DNA from: a virus
Taxonomy: Duplodnaviria; Caudoviricetes
DNA: 50,252 nt
Virus record (IMG/VR): IMGVR_UViG_3300033049_000162
Span: 1-50,252 of that record
Direction: 5' to 3' (one strand)
Part shown: piece by piece, positions 27,701 through 35,207 of the stretch
How the letters are laid out: each line of letters opens with the position of its first letter
Position numbering within the stretch: position 1 is the stretch's first letter
Made by a program: the position numbers and the translations under genes
The notes under the pieces: generated by a model
Told to the model about the DNA's origin: nothing
The model's database searches: none
The model's input: only the letters and a program-made list of their open reading frames with translations

Positions 27701-28534
27701 CAAAGCTAAACGAGTTCCAATTACAGCACTTAATGCAATTGCGCCTGCTTCAATTTTGTCCCAATTCTCAATAACCAATTCAACAACAGGTACAACTTGA
27801 TTAACTAATGTTGCTTGAAGTCCCTGCCACTGTAAATCCAGAAGCTGTAAGTTAGATTTTGCTTCAGCTAAACTTTTAACCATATCATCAGACATGATCG
27901 CACCTGCTTTCTGTGCAGCATCCCCCCAAAACTTAAAACCCTCCCCATTTTTCTCCAACAATGGAATAAGCAATGATGAATCAGATATGATCTGCTCCAT
28001 ATAAAACTTCATATCATTGGTAGAAGCGCCAGCTTTCTCCAATGAGTTATAAAAAAGCTGCAATGCTTCAGGACCAGACAGTTTTTGGAATTGTTGAATC
28101 GTTACACCTACGCGTGGTGCAATATTGGTAAAAAAGTCTGCAAGAGGCCCACCACCAGTTTGCTGAAAATCACCGATACGATCCTGCATATCTTTCATTT
28201 TGTCTGCAAAAGACTCTAATGATATGCCTGCTGTTTCAGCCCCCTTGGCGTAATATTGCAATTGTGCGGTGGAAGCATTGGCAAGTTTTGAAAATTTCTG
28301 AATATCATTCCCAGCAGTAATGACTTTTTCACTATAAGCAATCACCCCTGCAACGGATAATCCCCCCATCACCACACCAAAACCTTTCACAGCAAGACTT
28401 GCAAGATCAAAAGATTCGCTGATAGCTTTGGTTGAACGACGAGTTTCGCGCTCCGCCTTGCTCAATGGCTCTGTATAACCTGAAATTCTGGCAACAAGAT
28501 CTAATGTCAAGCGCCCAAGTGATGCTGTTGCCAT
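24800..28534 (-). CDS. H: Tape measure protein with internal lytic transglycosylase (SLT) domain
   Basis: LGRLTLDL start; GESGGNFNAKSPTGATGLFQ SLT motif; GMAHNG...GERVL C-terminus. Confidence 0.93.
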   Translation of the reverse strand: MATASLGRLTLDLVARISGYTEPLSKAERETRRSTKAISESFDLASLAVKGFGVVMGGLSVAGVIAYSEKVITAGNDIQKFSKLANASTAQLQYYAKGAETAGISLESFADKMKDMQDRIGDFQQTGGGPLADFFTNIAPRVGVTIQQFQKLSGPEALQLFYNSLEKAGASTNDMKFYMEQIISDSSLLIPLLEKNGEGFKFWGDAAQKAGAIMSDDMVKSLAEAKSNLQLLDLQWQGLQATLVNQVVPVVELVIENWDKIEAGAIALSAVIGTRLALAFVIAGGQAAASLIQYTRYQIALARMAGETITLTTVTRGLGGAMLSLVGGPLGLIALGVQVAIAGGTYYAMTRKTQDATEAFDMQGKSISDLIGHYNGLSRAKQQAFAYDATKDLQNDVEAYSKAREAFYDSAVNIAYGSADSEQAVKAIDDLVAKFKAGSISAEDFANGMVKLGLYTDQQISTTVKFAEKVDLAKSKMDAQKNVVDALKIATDSVNKSQKDQTKTVNDSASAWQNLTEKQRKYIEQVNTDLLRDKYISELVGRGFTPEKANALADAQANTNEGNAYKTPLQQDVIDATLKRYNSKNYTFGKQDLAAIAKVQGIAKANNFAQIEGLYGLPKGALAAYVLGESGGNFNAKSPTGATGLFQTTGIFRKEYKLNSRSSIEAQATAVADAIAKGIKEFGSLDKAMMSLNAGIEGTKQYLAGNIGNKAGQMSPSKAKEVAGYFPKFAKYFAGVNDKTTIDDSFMMPTQADILQQNANIAQAAFELSEKRKEVDRQYYSESEKLAKDHQDRIDKITQAYTGTDQLKTRLAQEDVLYKEQVTQLEVSRQQELNQLKAFETDRISQIRESYDEEIRLMQVSTKYIGAERSKRLELLERAKQAEIDAVKREEEERVQSAFESYLNETDIVVNRYKREREEIQKNYQLTKETREKLLQANQMGVDSVLLKNSQKIDDMSYQSLDYVYRRNQPNKAAWTDLENQYYGQQGALNKAYSEQRGGIFSAVDDENELNAQLLVAHEQYLQAKAALDDEYSQKESDLIKSQHENQLSIWGNLLGQAQNTFSQLTQAVKDANGEQSASFKVMFLAQQSFAMGSAYISAVLAASQVAADATIPFFGAKVSASKAMLAMGMMNVGLIASQALAGMAHNGIDNIPREGTWLLDGGERVLNPQQNKDLTNYLNQRQSAGSGVNVVINNYGNDKVQTSTGPDGSLLVEIGKMVDGAVDRGIQRNMKQGYPLDKAFQRK

Positions 28535-28592
28535 AATGACTTTCCTTTAGGTAATAAAAAACCGCCAATCGGCGGTTTTATAAATAATCTAG

Positions 28593-29420
28593 TTAACTAA
28601 ATGATTTTCTACATTCAAAAAATGATTGATAAGCAAAACCTTTTGAATAAGCAAACTTATCAAGTGGTTTTACAAATATTTCAGAAGCATATGCCTTATC
28701 AATTAAAAGTACTTCGTATTTTTTTAAATCACTATTTGAATAAGGAGACTGATTATTCATTTGAATCTGTGTTTCTTTAGGTATTCCAGCTTGGCGACCT
28801 TGCATCACATTTTCAGCTATATCAAATACAGTTTTACATAACAAATCGTTCTTTAAAATAGCAAGCTTCTTTTGCTCCATTTGAATTAAATCATCCTTAC
28901 TCGGAATTGAATTAGAACTTCCTAAATTTTTAAAATCATTTTCAGAGTTCCAGTTAATATTCCCAAATAAAACATCATTCGCATCTTTACTATTCTTTAA
29001 AGCTTCAATCAAATAATTATCTTTATCACCAATAAGATAAGTGTTTAAGTCATTATCCAACAAAACTACTAACATTTTTTTATTTAAATAATCATAAGCA
29101 ATATAACTTGTTAAGTTTTGATCCATAAACTTTTGGTTCTTTTGCCAAAAATATGTGGTTACAACATTGGGTTGTAAATTTTTCTTTGATAAGCATTCAC
29201 TCATATCAAAATCAGTTGCCTTTAATGTACTAAATGAGTTCAGTTTAGAATTAAGAATTTTTTTAAATCCATCATCTATCTTCATCAAGGTGAAACCACT
29301 TATTGTACATTGTGAAATTTGCTTATCAGTTAACTTATATATTTCATTAATTGATGTTAAATTTTTAGCATTTAATACTGTACAAAACCCAAACATTAAA
29401 CCAAAAAGCAATCTTTTCAT
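28593..29420 (-). CDS. AT-rich exported moron protein (275 aa)
   Basis: Signal peptide MKRLLFGLMFGFCTVLNA; flanked by terminator hairpins at about 28555 and 29470. Confidence 0.75.
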   Translation of the reverse strand: MKRLLFGLMFGFCTVLNAKNLTSINEIYKLTDKQISQCTISGFTLMKIDDGFKKILNSKLNSFSTLKATDFDMSECLSKKNLQPNVVTTYFWQKNQKFMDQNLTSYIAYDYLNKKMLVVLLDNDLNTYLIGDKDNYLIEALKNSKDANDVLFGNINWNSENDFKNLGSSNSIPSKDDLIQMEQKKLAILKNDLLCKTVFDIAENVMQGRQAGIPKETQIQMNNQSPYSNSDLKKYEVLLIDKAYASEIFVKPLDKFAYSKGFAYQSFFECRKSFS

Positions 29421-29509
29421 ATCATAAAATCCTTGATTTTAGGACACGATACTAATTTTTTTCATAAAAAGAAACCGCATAATCAGCGGCTTCAATACTT
29501 GCTATTTGA

Positions 29510-30157
29510 CTAAATCCCTCGCCAACTCAGCTGACCAAGCAAAGGCAATAACTCACCATCAAGCTCCAATGACTTTTCCATCTTGTCCAATTGACGCAAA
29601 AACAGCTCTAACTCTTGACGAATGGTCTGACAGTCACGCTTAACTACATCCAGATCTCTACGACGAATCGCAGTCACATTATTGGCATCACGCACAATCA
29701 AGGTGCCATCATTTTTATTTTCAATAAAATACTTACCCTCTGCTTTAGGCAAGTACATCATATTTTGATTCGGTGTAAATTGTTGAGGTTGAGGCAGTGT
29801 CTTAGTCGCTTGATGAAAATAACTGTCCTCAAGCTGTTCAAATACTTCCCATGCATGATCCGTGTCTAACATTTTGGCATGACGTGCTGCACCTCGTTCA
29901 GTCCATAAAATCAAGTGCTTTGCATTTGGACTGACTAAGTGACTTTGAGTTACCTTGTCCTTAAATTCTCTTAGTACAGCACCTTCAATTTTAAAAAAAT
30001 GCTTTCCCTCAATAAATTTAGTTTTATTTCGATTAAAATTCTTCTTAATATTATCCGCTACAGTTTCATACAACTGCGCTAAAAGCTCTGTAGTTACAAC
30101 AGGAACATTTTTAAAAAGAATAACCTGATTATTAGATGTAGAAATTCGTGTATTCAT
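29510..30157 (-). CDS. ant: ORF6N/KilA-N-type antirepressor
   Basis: VVTTELLAQLY...NFNRN..F.EGKHFF...LWTERGAARHAKMLDTD.AW; SD GGAG before ATG 30157. Confidence 0.85.
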   Translation of the reverse strand: MNTRISTSNNQVILFKNVPVVTTELLAQLYETVADNIKKNFNRNKTKFIEGKHFFKIEGAVLREFKDKVTQSHLVSPNAKHLILWTERGAARHAKMLDTDHAWEVFEQLEDSYFHQATKTLPQPQQFTPNQNMMYLPKAEGKYFIENKNDGTLIVRDANNVTAIRRRDLDVVKRDCQTIRQELELFLRQLDKMEKSLELDGELLPLLGQLSWRGI

Positions 30158-30215
30158 AATGAATACTCCCAGAGAGAAGGAATTTTTCACCACCAAATTT
30201 AAGGCTAAAAAATTG

Positions 30216-30294
30216 GGTGGCGGATTAAGTAGGATTAGCCTTACCAGTCTCTAGGAAATCTGGCGCACCGAAGTGCTCCTACCTAACCCACCAT
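30216..30294 (-). ncRNA. c4: C4-like antisense RNA (P1 c4 / P4 CI type)
   Basis: Outer stem GTGGGTTAGGTAGGA/TCCTACTTAATCCGCCAC, GCAC-TTCG-GTGC arm, CCAG..CTGG arm; loops complementary to sites upstream and downstream; precedes ant. Confidence 0.75.
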
Positions 30295-30414
30295 AGCAGG
30301 CACTTTCTACAGGGCGTAAAAAGCTATAGGCATTAAAAAACCGCCAAGCGGTCTTTTGGTCTAGAGAATTGATTGGAGGCTAATCCAAGCATCAGATTTT
30401 GCTGATGCATTTTT

Positions 30415-30443
30415 AAAGTAGCTTGGATTTATCACAATGTCAA
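30415..30443 (-). promoter_or_regulatory. Sigma70 promoter of the c4-ant unit
   Basis: TTGACA (30443-30438) -17 bp- TACTTT (30420-30415). Confidence 0.75.
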
Positions 30444-30505
30444 TTCACCTATGCGAAATCAAAGTTTACTTAATTTTAATTATAAAATCTAACTAAAATT
30501 AATAT

Positions 30506-30832
30506 TTATTGCGCAATCGCAAATAATGCTTCAAATAAATCTACTTCGACTTCTTCAGGCTGATCCTCATGAGGCATTAATGTAATCGGATTAATACGAT
30601 GTTTTGCCTCAACCTTGCCATTATGATAGAAAGCCATTAGATCACCTATTGCCTGCTCGACACGACGACCAATATTGAAGCTACCTCGACGTTGCCGATA
30701 AGCTCGCCAAATCGCAATTTCTTTTAAACTTATTTTTTCGGATGCTTCTTCAAGGGTTCGTCCACCGACTCCGTTGAGGACAAGCTCGCAGAGGAGTTCA
30801 CACTGGTCGAGTTCTTCGTCCGAGACTTTCCC
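30506..30832 (-). CDS. T: Tail assembly chaperone T portion, via -1 frameshift (not in ORF track)
   Basis: G GGA AAG slippery heptamer at 30832-30826; -1 frame open for about 107 codons (VSDEELDQCELLCELVLNGVGGRTLEEA...). Confidence 0.88.
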   Translation of the reverse strand, partial: GKVSDEELDQCELLCELVLNGVGGRTLEEASEKISLKEIAIWRAYRQRRGSFNIGRRVEQAIGDLMAFYHNGKVEAKHRINPITLMPHEDQPEEVEVDLFEALFAIAQ

Positions 30833-31263
30833 ATAAAGTTGTTAATATCATCAGCAAGTTTATAAAGTGCAGCGATAAAGGCTGGATCAGAGTCATAAAC
30901 ATCTTGAACCGATTCAAAAAATGGGGAACCTTTTGCATCTTCACAAATACAGCCAATCAATTGAGAAGCTTGCAAACGATCCGAATCAACAGACTTCAAT
31001 TCTGACTTTTCAATGTCGTCATAATTGATGTCCCATTCATAGGCTTTGGCAACATCACGACCCGCTTTAAAACTCAAACGCTTGATGAATACCTGACCTT
31101 CAAGTTCAACCTGTTCATCCACTTTTAACTTAGAATTTTGGGTTAAATCAATCAGATCAAGAATATTTTGCTCAGTCGCAATGACCGACCATTTAAGTGT
31201 GTGCTCGACTGGAGCACCCGCTTTGGTGATCTTTTTCGCTTTTTTAAAATCTACTATAGCCAT
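30730..31263 (-). CDS. G: Tail assembly chaperone G
   Basis: Between the major tail and tape measure genes; ...NNFMGK slippery site. Confidence 0.85.
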   Translation of the reverse strand: MAIVDFKKAKKITKAGAPVEHTLKWSVIATEQNILDLIDLTQNSKLKVDEQVELEGQVFIKRLSFKAGRDVAKAYEWDINYDDIEKSELKSVDSDRLQASQLIGCICEDAKGSPFFESVQDVYDSDPAFIAALYKLADDINNFMGKSRTKNSTSVNSSASLSSTESVDEPLKKHPKK

Positions 31264-31305
31264 TTTATACTCGAAAAAAATTAGCCCCAAAATTGGGGCT
31301 ATGAA

Positions 31306-31779
31306 TTAAGGGGTAGTGTCACGCAAAATTGTAGTGACCGAACTTGTGCGAACCAATGGAAATGCATAGGTCCAAACATCATTATCTGCCATTGTCGGAG
31401 CAGCTTTGTTTAAGTAGCCTGTAAAGGTCACCCAGTTACGCGTTTTCGGCAATGTCACGACACCAGTACCCACTGTAACAGTCGGTTCTGCCCCATCACC
31501 TTTATCACCCACAAACCATTTCAACTCTTGCCCTGATTCAGCAAGCTCTAAAATATTGGCATGTGATGCATTTTCATCATCCAACTGAACAGTTAAACTC
31601 CCCTCACCTGGATCAATTACCCCCTTTTCATAGGACTTTTCATCAGCATCACGACAAGTCACATCAATTTTAGAAGTTGAGTCTTGACCCAAATCCACAT
31701 TTTTATAACAACTGAAACGCACAATTGCTGCGCCAACCAAGGCATAAATTTTTGTGCCTTGCGATTTAATACGTGCCAT
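31306..31779 (-). CDS. Major tail tube protein
   Basis: KSQGTKIY...IDVTC...YEKGVIDPG...WVTFTGY; position. Confidence 0.85.
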   Translation of the reverse strand: MARIKSQGTKIYALVGAAIVRFSCYKNVDLGQDSTSKIDVTCRDADEKSYEKGVIDPGEGSLTVQLDDENASHANILELAESGQELKWFVGDKGDGAEPTVTVGTGVVTLPKTRNWVTFTGYLNKAAPTMADNDVWTYAFPLVRTSSVTTILRDTTP

Positions 31780-31851
31780 GAGTAGCTACTCCTCAATTAT
31801 TTTCAGGCATAAAAAAAGCAGTCTTAAAGACTGCCTAGAAAAATTTTAAAA

Positions 31852-32193
31852 TTAATCAGAATCGATGAGCCAGACCGCTTCAAAACTCATTGAACTGGAG
31901 CCTTGAGCCGGAATACCTGTATTTAAGAAACCAGAAATATTACAGTGCTTTTTTAAGATTGAACGGACAGCAACATAAGCCTTATGTGCTTCGCTTTCCG
32001 ACTTACCATAACAATTGACTTGAAAATAAATGCGGTCCACTGTTGATGGTTCATCTTTATCGTTTAATGCCTCACCACCTGTCAAAAACCATGTGACATA
32101 AGGATATGTAACCTCCTCGGGTGCAAGATCACGATAAATTCGATCAGCTACAAGGGTATTTTCAACACTCAGCACATTAAAAATAGGAATCAT
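31852..32193 (-). CDS. Tail terminator (DUF3168-like)
   Basis: RIY...AP...YPYVTW...QVNCYG; position. Confidence 0.8.
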   Translation of the reverse strand: MIPIFNVLSVENTLVADRIYRDLAPEEVTYPYVTWFLTGGEALNDKDEPSTVDRIYFQVNCYGKSESEAHKAYVAVRSILKKHCNISGFLNTGIPAQGSSSMSFEAVWLIDSD

Positions 32194-32696
32194 AACTTCG
32201 CCAACTCCTTATCGATTTCAGTGCTAAAAATGCCCGCAAAATCATTGGTGATTGTATTTACATTGTTTTGCAATGATGGACGCATAAATGGTCGGGCAAT
32301 CATATTCTGTGTACCGAATTCAAGAAATCTCCAATAGAAAGTATCTCCACCAGGGTTTTGCTTATCACCATCAGTTTTATATTTTTTGCCAGCTAATCCT
32401 TTTCGAACATTATCTTTAGATTTCACATATGATTTTGCACCACCACGAATGCCGACTCTCATCTTGACATTATTACCAGTTATTTTACCTGTCCTAACGA
32501 CAATATTTTTCCAAATCCGTTCAGGACTTTTCAAATCATCCAATTGTTTTGCTTGTGCTACTGCACTTTTACGGACAATAGCCATAGCTCGCTTAGCTGC
32601 CCTACTAGCCGCACGTTTAGCAGCCTTACCATTAGATAAAAGCTCTAACTTAGCCTCAACCTCATCCAAACCATGAATATATTGCTCTGCCATCAA
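32190..32696 (-). CDS. HK97 gp10-like neck/tail completion protein
   Basis: YWRFLEFGT...ARPFMRP. Confidence 0.9.
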   Translation of the reverse strand: MMAEQYIHGLDEVEAKLELLSNGKAAKRAASRAAKRAMAIVRKSAVAQAKQLDDLKSPERIWKNIVVRTGKITGNNVKMRVGIRGGAKSYVKSKDNVRKGLAGKKYKTDGDKQNPGGDTFYWRFLEFGTQNMIARPFMRPSLQNNVNTITNDFAGIFSTEIDKELAKL

Positions 32697-33047
32697 TCAC
32701 CCCCATTCTTTTAACCCTTCAGCTAAATTCAAAGTGAGATATTCACGACGGCTATCGAGGTCATGTTTTGGAGCACCATCTATTCGGTATAACTTACCGT
32801 CAAACTTCACTCGCATTGTTGTATCAATTTGAGCAGATTTTGAGGAATAACGTATAAGCGCCCGAGCTTGCATTGTGCCTTGCACAGCACGATCCGCAAT
32901 AATATCTCGGGTAGATAAATCAGACACATCTGACCATACTGTTATGAAGTCTTCCCAAACATCACCTGTTTGCATACCAGCTTGATCACGACCACCTGAA
33001 ACAAGTTTTTGAATCGTGATTCTGTGGCGTAATTTTCCAGCTTGCAT
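32697..33047 (-). CDS. Head closure protein (SPP1 gp16-like)
   Basis: MQAGKLRHRITIQ...IRY...TMRV. Confidence 0.9.
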   Translation of the reverse strand: MQAGKLRHRITIQKLVSGGRDQAGMQTGDVWEDFITVWSDVSDLSTRDIIADRAVQGTMQARALIRYSSKSAQIDTTMRVKFDGKLYRIDGAPKHDLDSRREYLTLNLAEGLKEWG

Positions 33048-33050
33048 AGA

Positions 33051-33329
33051 CTAATCATCCCGAAATTGTGGTTTAGGTTCCTGCTCTTGCTCTTCTTCAC
33101 CAATCAAATCAATCAGGCTTTGAACTTGATTCATCAACTGACTGTTCTGGTCCACGATTGAAATCAGCTGTTGATTCTGTGTGCTCATCACTTGGTTTTG
33201 TGTGGCTATCACTTGATTCTGTGCTGTCATTGCTTCCAGCAACTTGAGGACTGTTTCGTTGCACGAGCATTCGCCAAGATTTTTTTGCTGCTTCGAGTTG
33301 TTCTCTGATCCATTCACGTCTTTTCTCAC
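33051..33329 (-). CDS. Gln/Asn-rich coiled-coil protein, overlapping ORF B
   Basis: QN heptad repeats, acidic tail; stops 3 nt before the head closure gene; start uncertain. Confidence 0.55.
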   Translation of the reverse strand: MRKDVNGSENNSKQQKNLGECSCNETVLKLLEAMTAQNQVIATQNQVMSTQNQQLISIVDQNSQLMNQVQSLIDLIGEEEQEQEPKPQFRDD

Positions 33330-33345
33330 ATCCTAAACAGGTCAT
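33109..33345 (-). CDS. CxxC small protein, overlapping ORF A
   Basis: MTCLGCEKRREW; SD GAGG upstream. Confidence 0.5.
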   Translation of the reverse strand: MTCLGCEKRREWIREQLEAAKKSWRMLVQRNSPQVAGSNDSTESSDSHTKPSDEHTESTADFNRGPEQSVDESSSKPD

Positions 33346-33368
33346 TTTTGATATGCCTCATAAGTAAA

Positions 33369-33650
33369 TTACAGCACCAAAGGCGTGTAATACGGATTAA
33401 GCAAAGCCAATACTGGCTCAGGTAAGAAATTGCCATTGGATGGCATTTCTTTTTCAATACCGCGGTATTTGTCGTAATAACCACACAACAAAAGAATTGC
33501 TCTCTGTTGCACTTTATTTTCAGCATCAAACTTGGTTTTCACATGGTCCTTTACAGCCTGCTCTGATGTATCAAGCAACATCTGTAAATCTTCCTGATCA
33601 AAACCTTCGTCATATCTTAAATGTCGAGCAACATCATTCACTGTCAGCAT
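33369..33650 (-). CDS. Head-tail adaptor (HK97 gp6-like)
   Basis: VARHLRYD...AILLLCGYY...R...LLNPY; SD GGAG before ATG 33650. Confidence 0.9.
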   Translation of the reverse strand: MLTVNDVARHLRYDEGFDQEDLQMLLDTSEQAVKDHVKTKFDAENKVQQRAILLLCGYYDKYRGIEKEMPSNGNFLPEPVLALLNPYYTPLVL

Positions 33651-34908
33651 TATTATCTCCTGTAGATTTTCCAGAATTTCCAGCAAATGGATCATCCTTG
33701 GCATCACGTTTAGACAATGCTTCGAGTGAAAAGTTTTGTTGTTGCATATAAACAGAATCACCACCAGCAACAGGGCTGTAATTAAACTGATTTCGAGCTT
33801 CATTTGGGGAAATAATGCCACCCTTGACACCAACAGAATAAAAATTCATTTGTGACATTGAATCCATTCGCAACAATGTTGATAGATCTAGAAAGACTTC
33901 ATAACCTTTAGCTTTTAAATCAAATGCATCATCAAAACAGTTTTCTATGGCTTCGATAGGACTTTGCAAACAACTGTTAAGATATATCCGTTCTAGATCC
34001 TCAACTTTTTGTCCTTGAGGAATACTACCAATAGCAACTTTCCAAGGAGGCACGTTAAATACTGAACAACAAATTTCTGCTGACCATTTATGCTGCTCAA
34101 TCATTTGAGCATCCGCAGCAGGCATTGCCATCGAGATATATTTAACATCTCCACCCATAACAGCAGTTTTACCAACATTTTCACCAGAATAATTCAAATC
34201 CCAAGCCTCTTTAATTTTCTTGGCATCTTCATCATTTATTTTTCCTGGCATTGTCAAAATTCCACCTGGTCGACCATTGTTGGCGAAGAATTTTGCACCA
34301 TATTTTTGAATTGCCACTCCCTGTGTGGCAGATAATCCACAAGCAACTACTGGACTAATACCAACTAAAGGATGGTATAAACAATTCCAACGGTCATGAA
34401 TAATTTCGCTGGCTGGCAAAATAAGAGATTCACCTTGCTTTGCAAGTTTATCTATACCAATTCGATAGAATACATCACCTTCATCACTCACAAGCGGTGT
34501 TACATTATCCGGGTTCAATACAATGAGTTGCTCAATATCCCCTTTAAAATTGCGAAGTTTTAAAACATAAGTATTACCGCGTGTCACCTTAGAAATAATG
34601 TAATATTCAAGGAATTGTTGCATCGTTTGAAAATGATTAGGCTTTTCAAAGAATGGCAGGTTTATATCCTTTGTTTTAACCCACACGCCATTTTCTTTTT
34701 TGCGTAATTCGAGCGGTAATTTTCCAATATCCTTTGAAATTATAGAAATGCATGAAAATACAGCATGAAATTTCAAAATATCTTCATGTTTAAGCTCAAC
34801 ATTCCGCTGCCACGCACCCATGAATGATTCAAGAATTCGCCAACCGCCACTACCACCGGCAACAGGTGACATAGACTTATTGCGAAATATTTTGCTCAAA
34901 AGCCCCAT
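33634..34908 (-). CDS. Portal protein, HK97 family
   Basis: AVFSCI..I..DI.KLP, GN.Y, GISP, FFANNGRPGG, PNEAR. Confidence 0.95.
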   Translation of the reverse strand: MGLLSKIFRNKSMSPVAGGSGGWRILESFMGAWQRNVELKHEDILKFHAVFSCISIISKDIGKLPLELRKKENGVWVKTKDINLPFFEKPNHFQTMQQFLEYYIISKVTRGNTYVLKLRNFKGDIEQLIVLNPDNVTPLVSDEGDVFYRIGIDKLAKQGESLILPASEIIHDRWNCLYHPLVGISPVVACGLSATQGVAIQKYGAKFFANNGRPGGILTMPGKINDEDAKKIKEAWDLNYSGENVGKTAVMGGDVKYISMAMPAADAQMIEQHKWSAEICCSVFNVPPWKVAIGSIPQGQKVEDLERIYLNSCLQSPIEAIENCFDDAFDLKAKGYEVFLDLSTLLRMDSMSQMNFYSVGVKGGIISPNEARNQFNYSPVAGGDSVYMQQQNFSLEALSKRDAKDDPFAGNSGKSTGDNNADSE

Positions 34909-35148
34909 TTACTCACCTTTTTGTGCAGATTTTTTCCCATTTTTGACCTGATCAACAGGATCAACAGGATCAACAGGATCAACAGGATCAACAGGATCAA
35001 CAGGATCAACAGGATCAACAGGTTGATTATCACCAACCAATTCAGCAACTTTCATTTTGATCAAGATATTTGCTTCATAATCTTGCAAATCATGGACACT
35101 ACCCGCTGGACCAGAACATAAATCACTCAAAAACTTAACTTTTGGCAT
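34909..35148 (-). CDS. Small capsid-adjacent protein with (PVD)8 repeat
   Basis: Short globular N-terminus, repeat, Lys-rich end; between capsid and portal. Confidence 0.75.
   Translation of the reverse strand: MPKVKFLSDLCSGPAGSVHDLQDYEANILIKMKVAELVGDNQPVDPVDPVDPVDPVDPVDPVDPVDQVKNGKKSAQKGE
34951..35022. repeat. Perfect tandem repeat (ATCAACAGG) x8
   Basis: Counted directly; encodes Pro-Val-Asp on the minus strand. Confidence 0.97.
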
Positions 35149-35207
35149 ATTTTCTACTCAACAAAAAAGCCCCTAAAATTAGGGGCTTTGGCATTAAAAT
35201 AAACTGT

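Noticed and set aside
33280-33286. A AAA AAA as a -1 frameshift site
   Set aside because: The -1 frame stops within about 20 codons; ORF B is in the +1 frame
34921-35121. Plus-strand INR-repeat ORF, or a CRISPR-like array
   Set aside because: Antisense reading of the 9-bp VNTR; no spacers and no cas genes in the window
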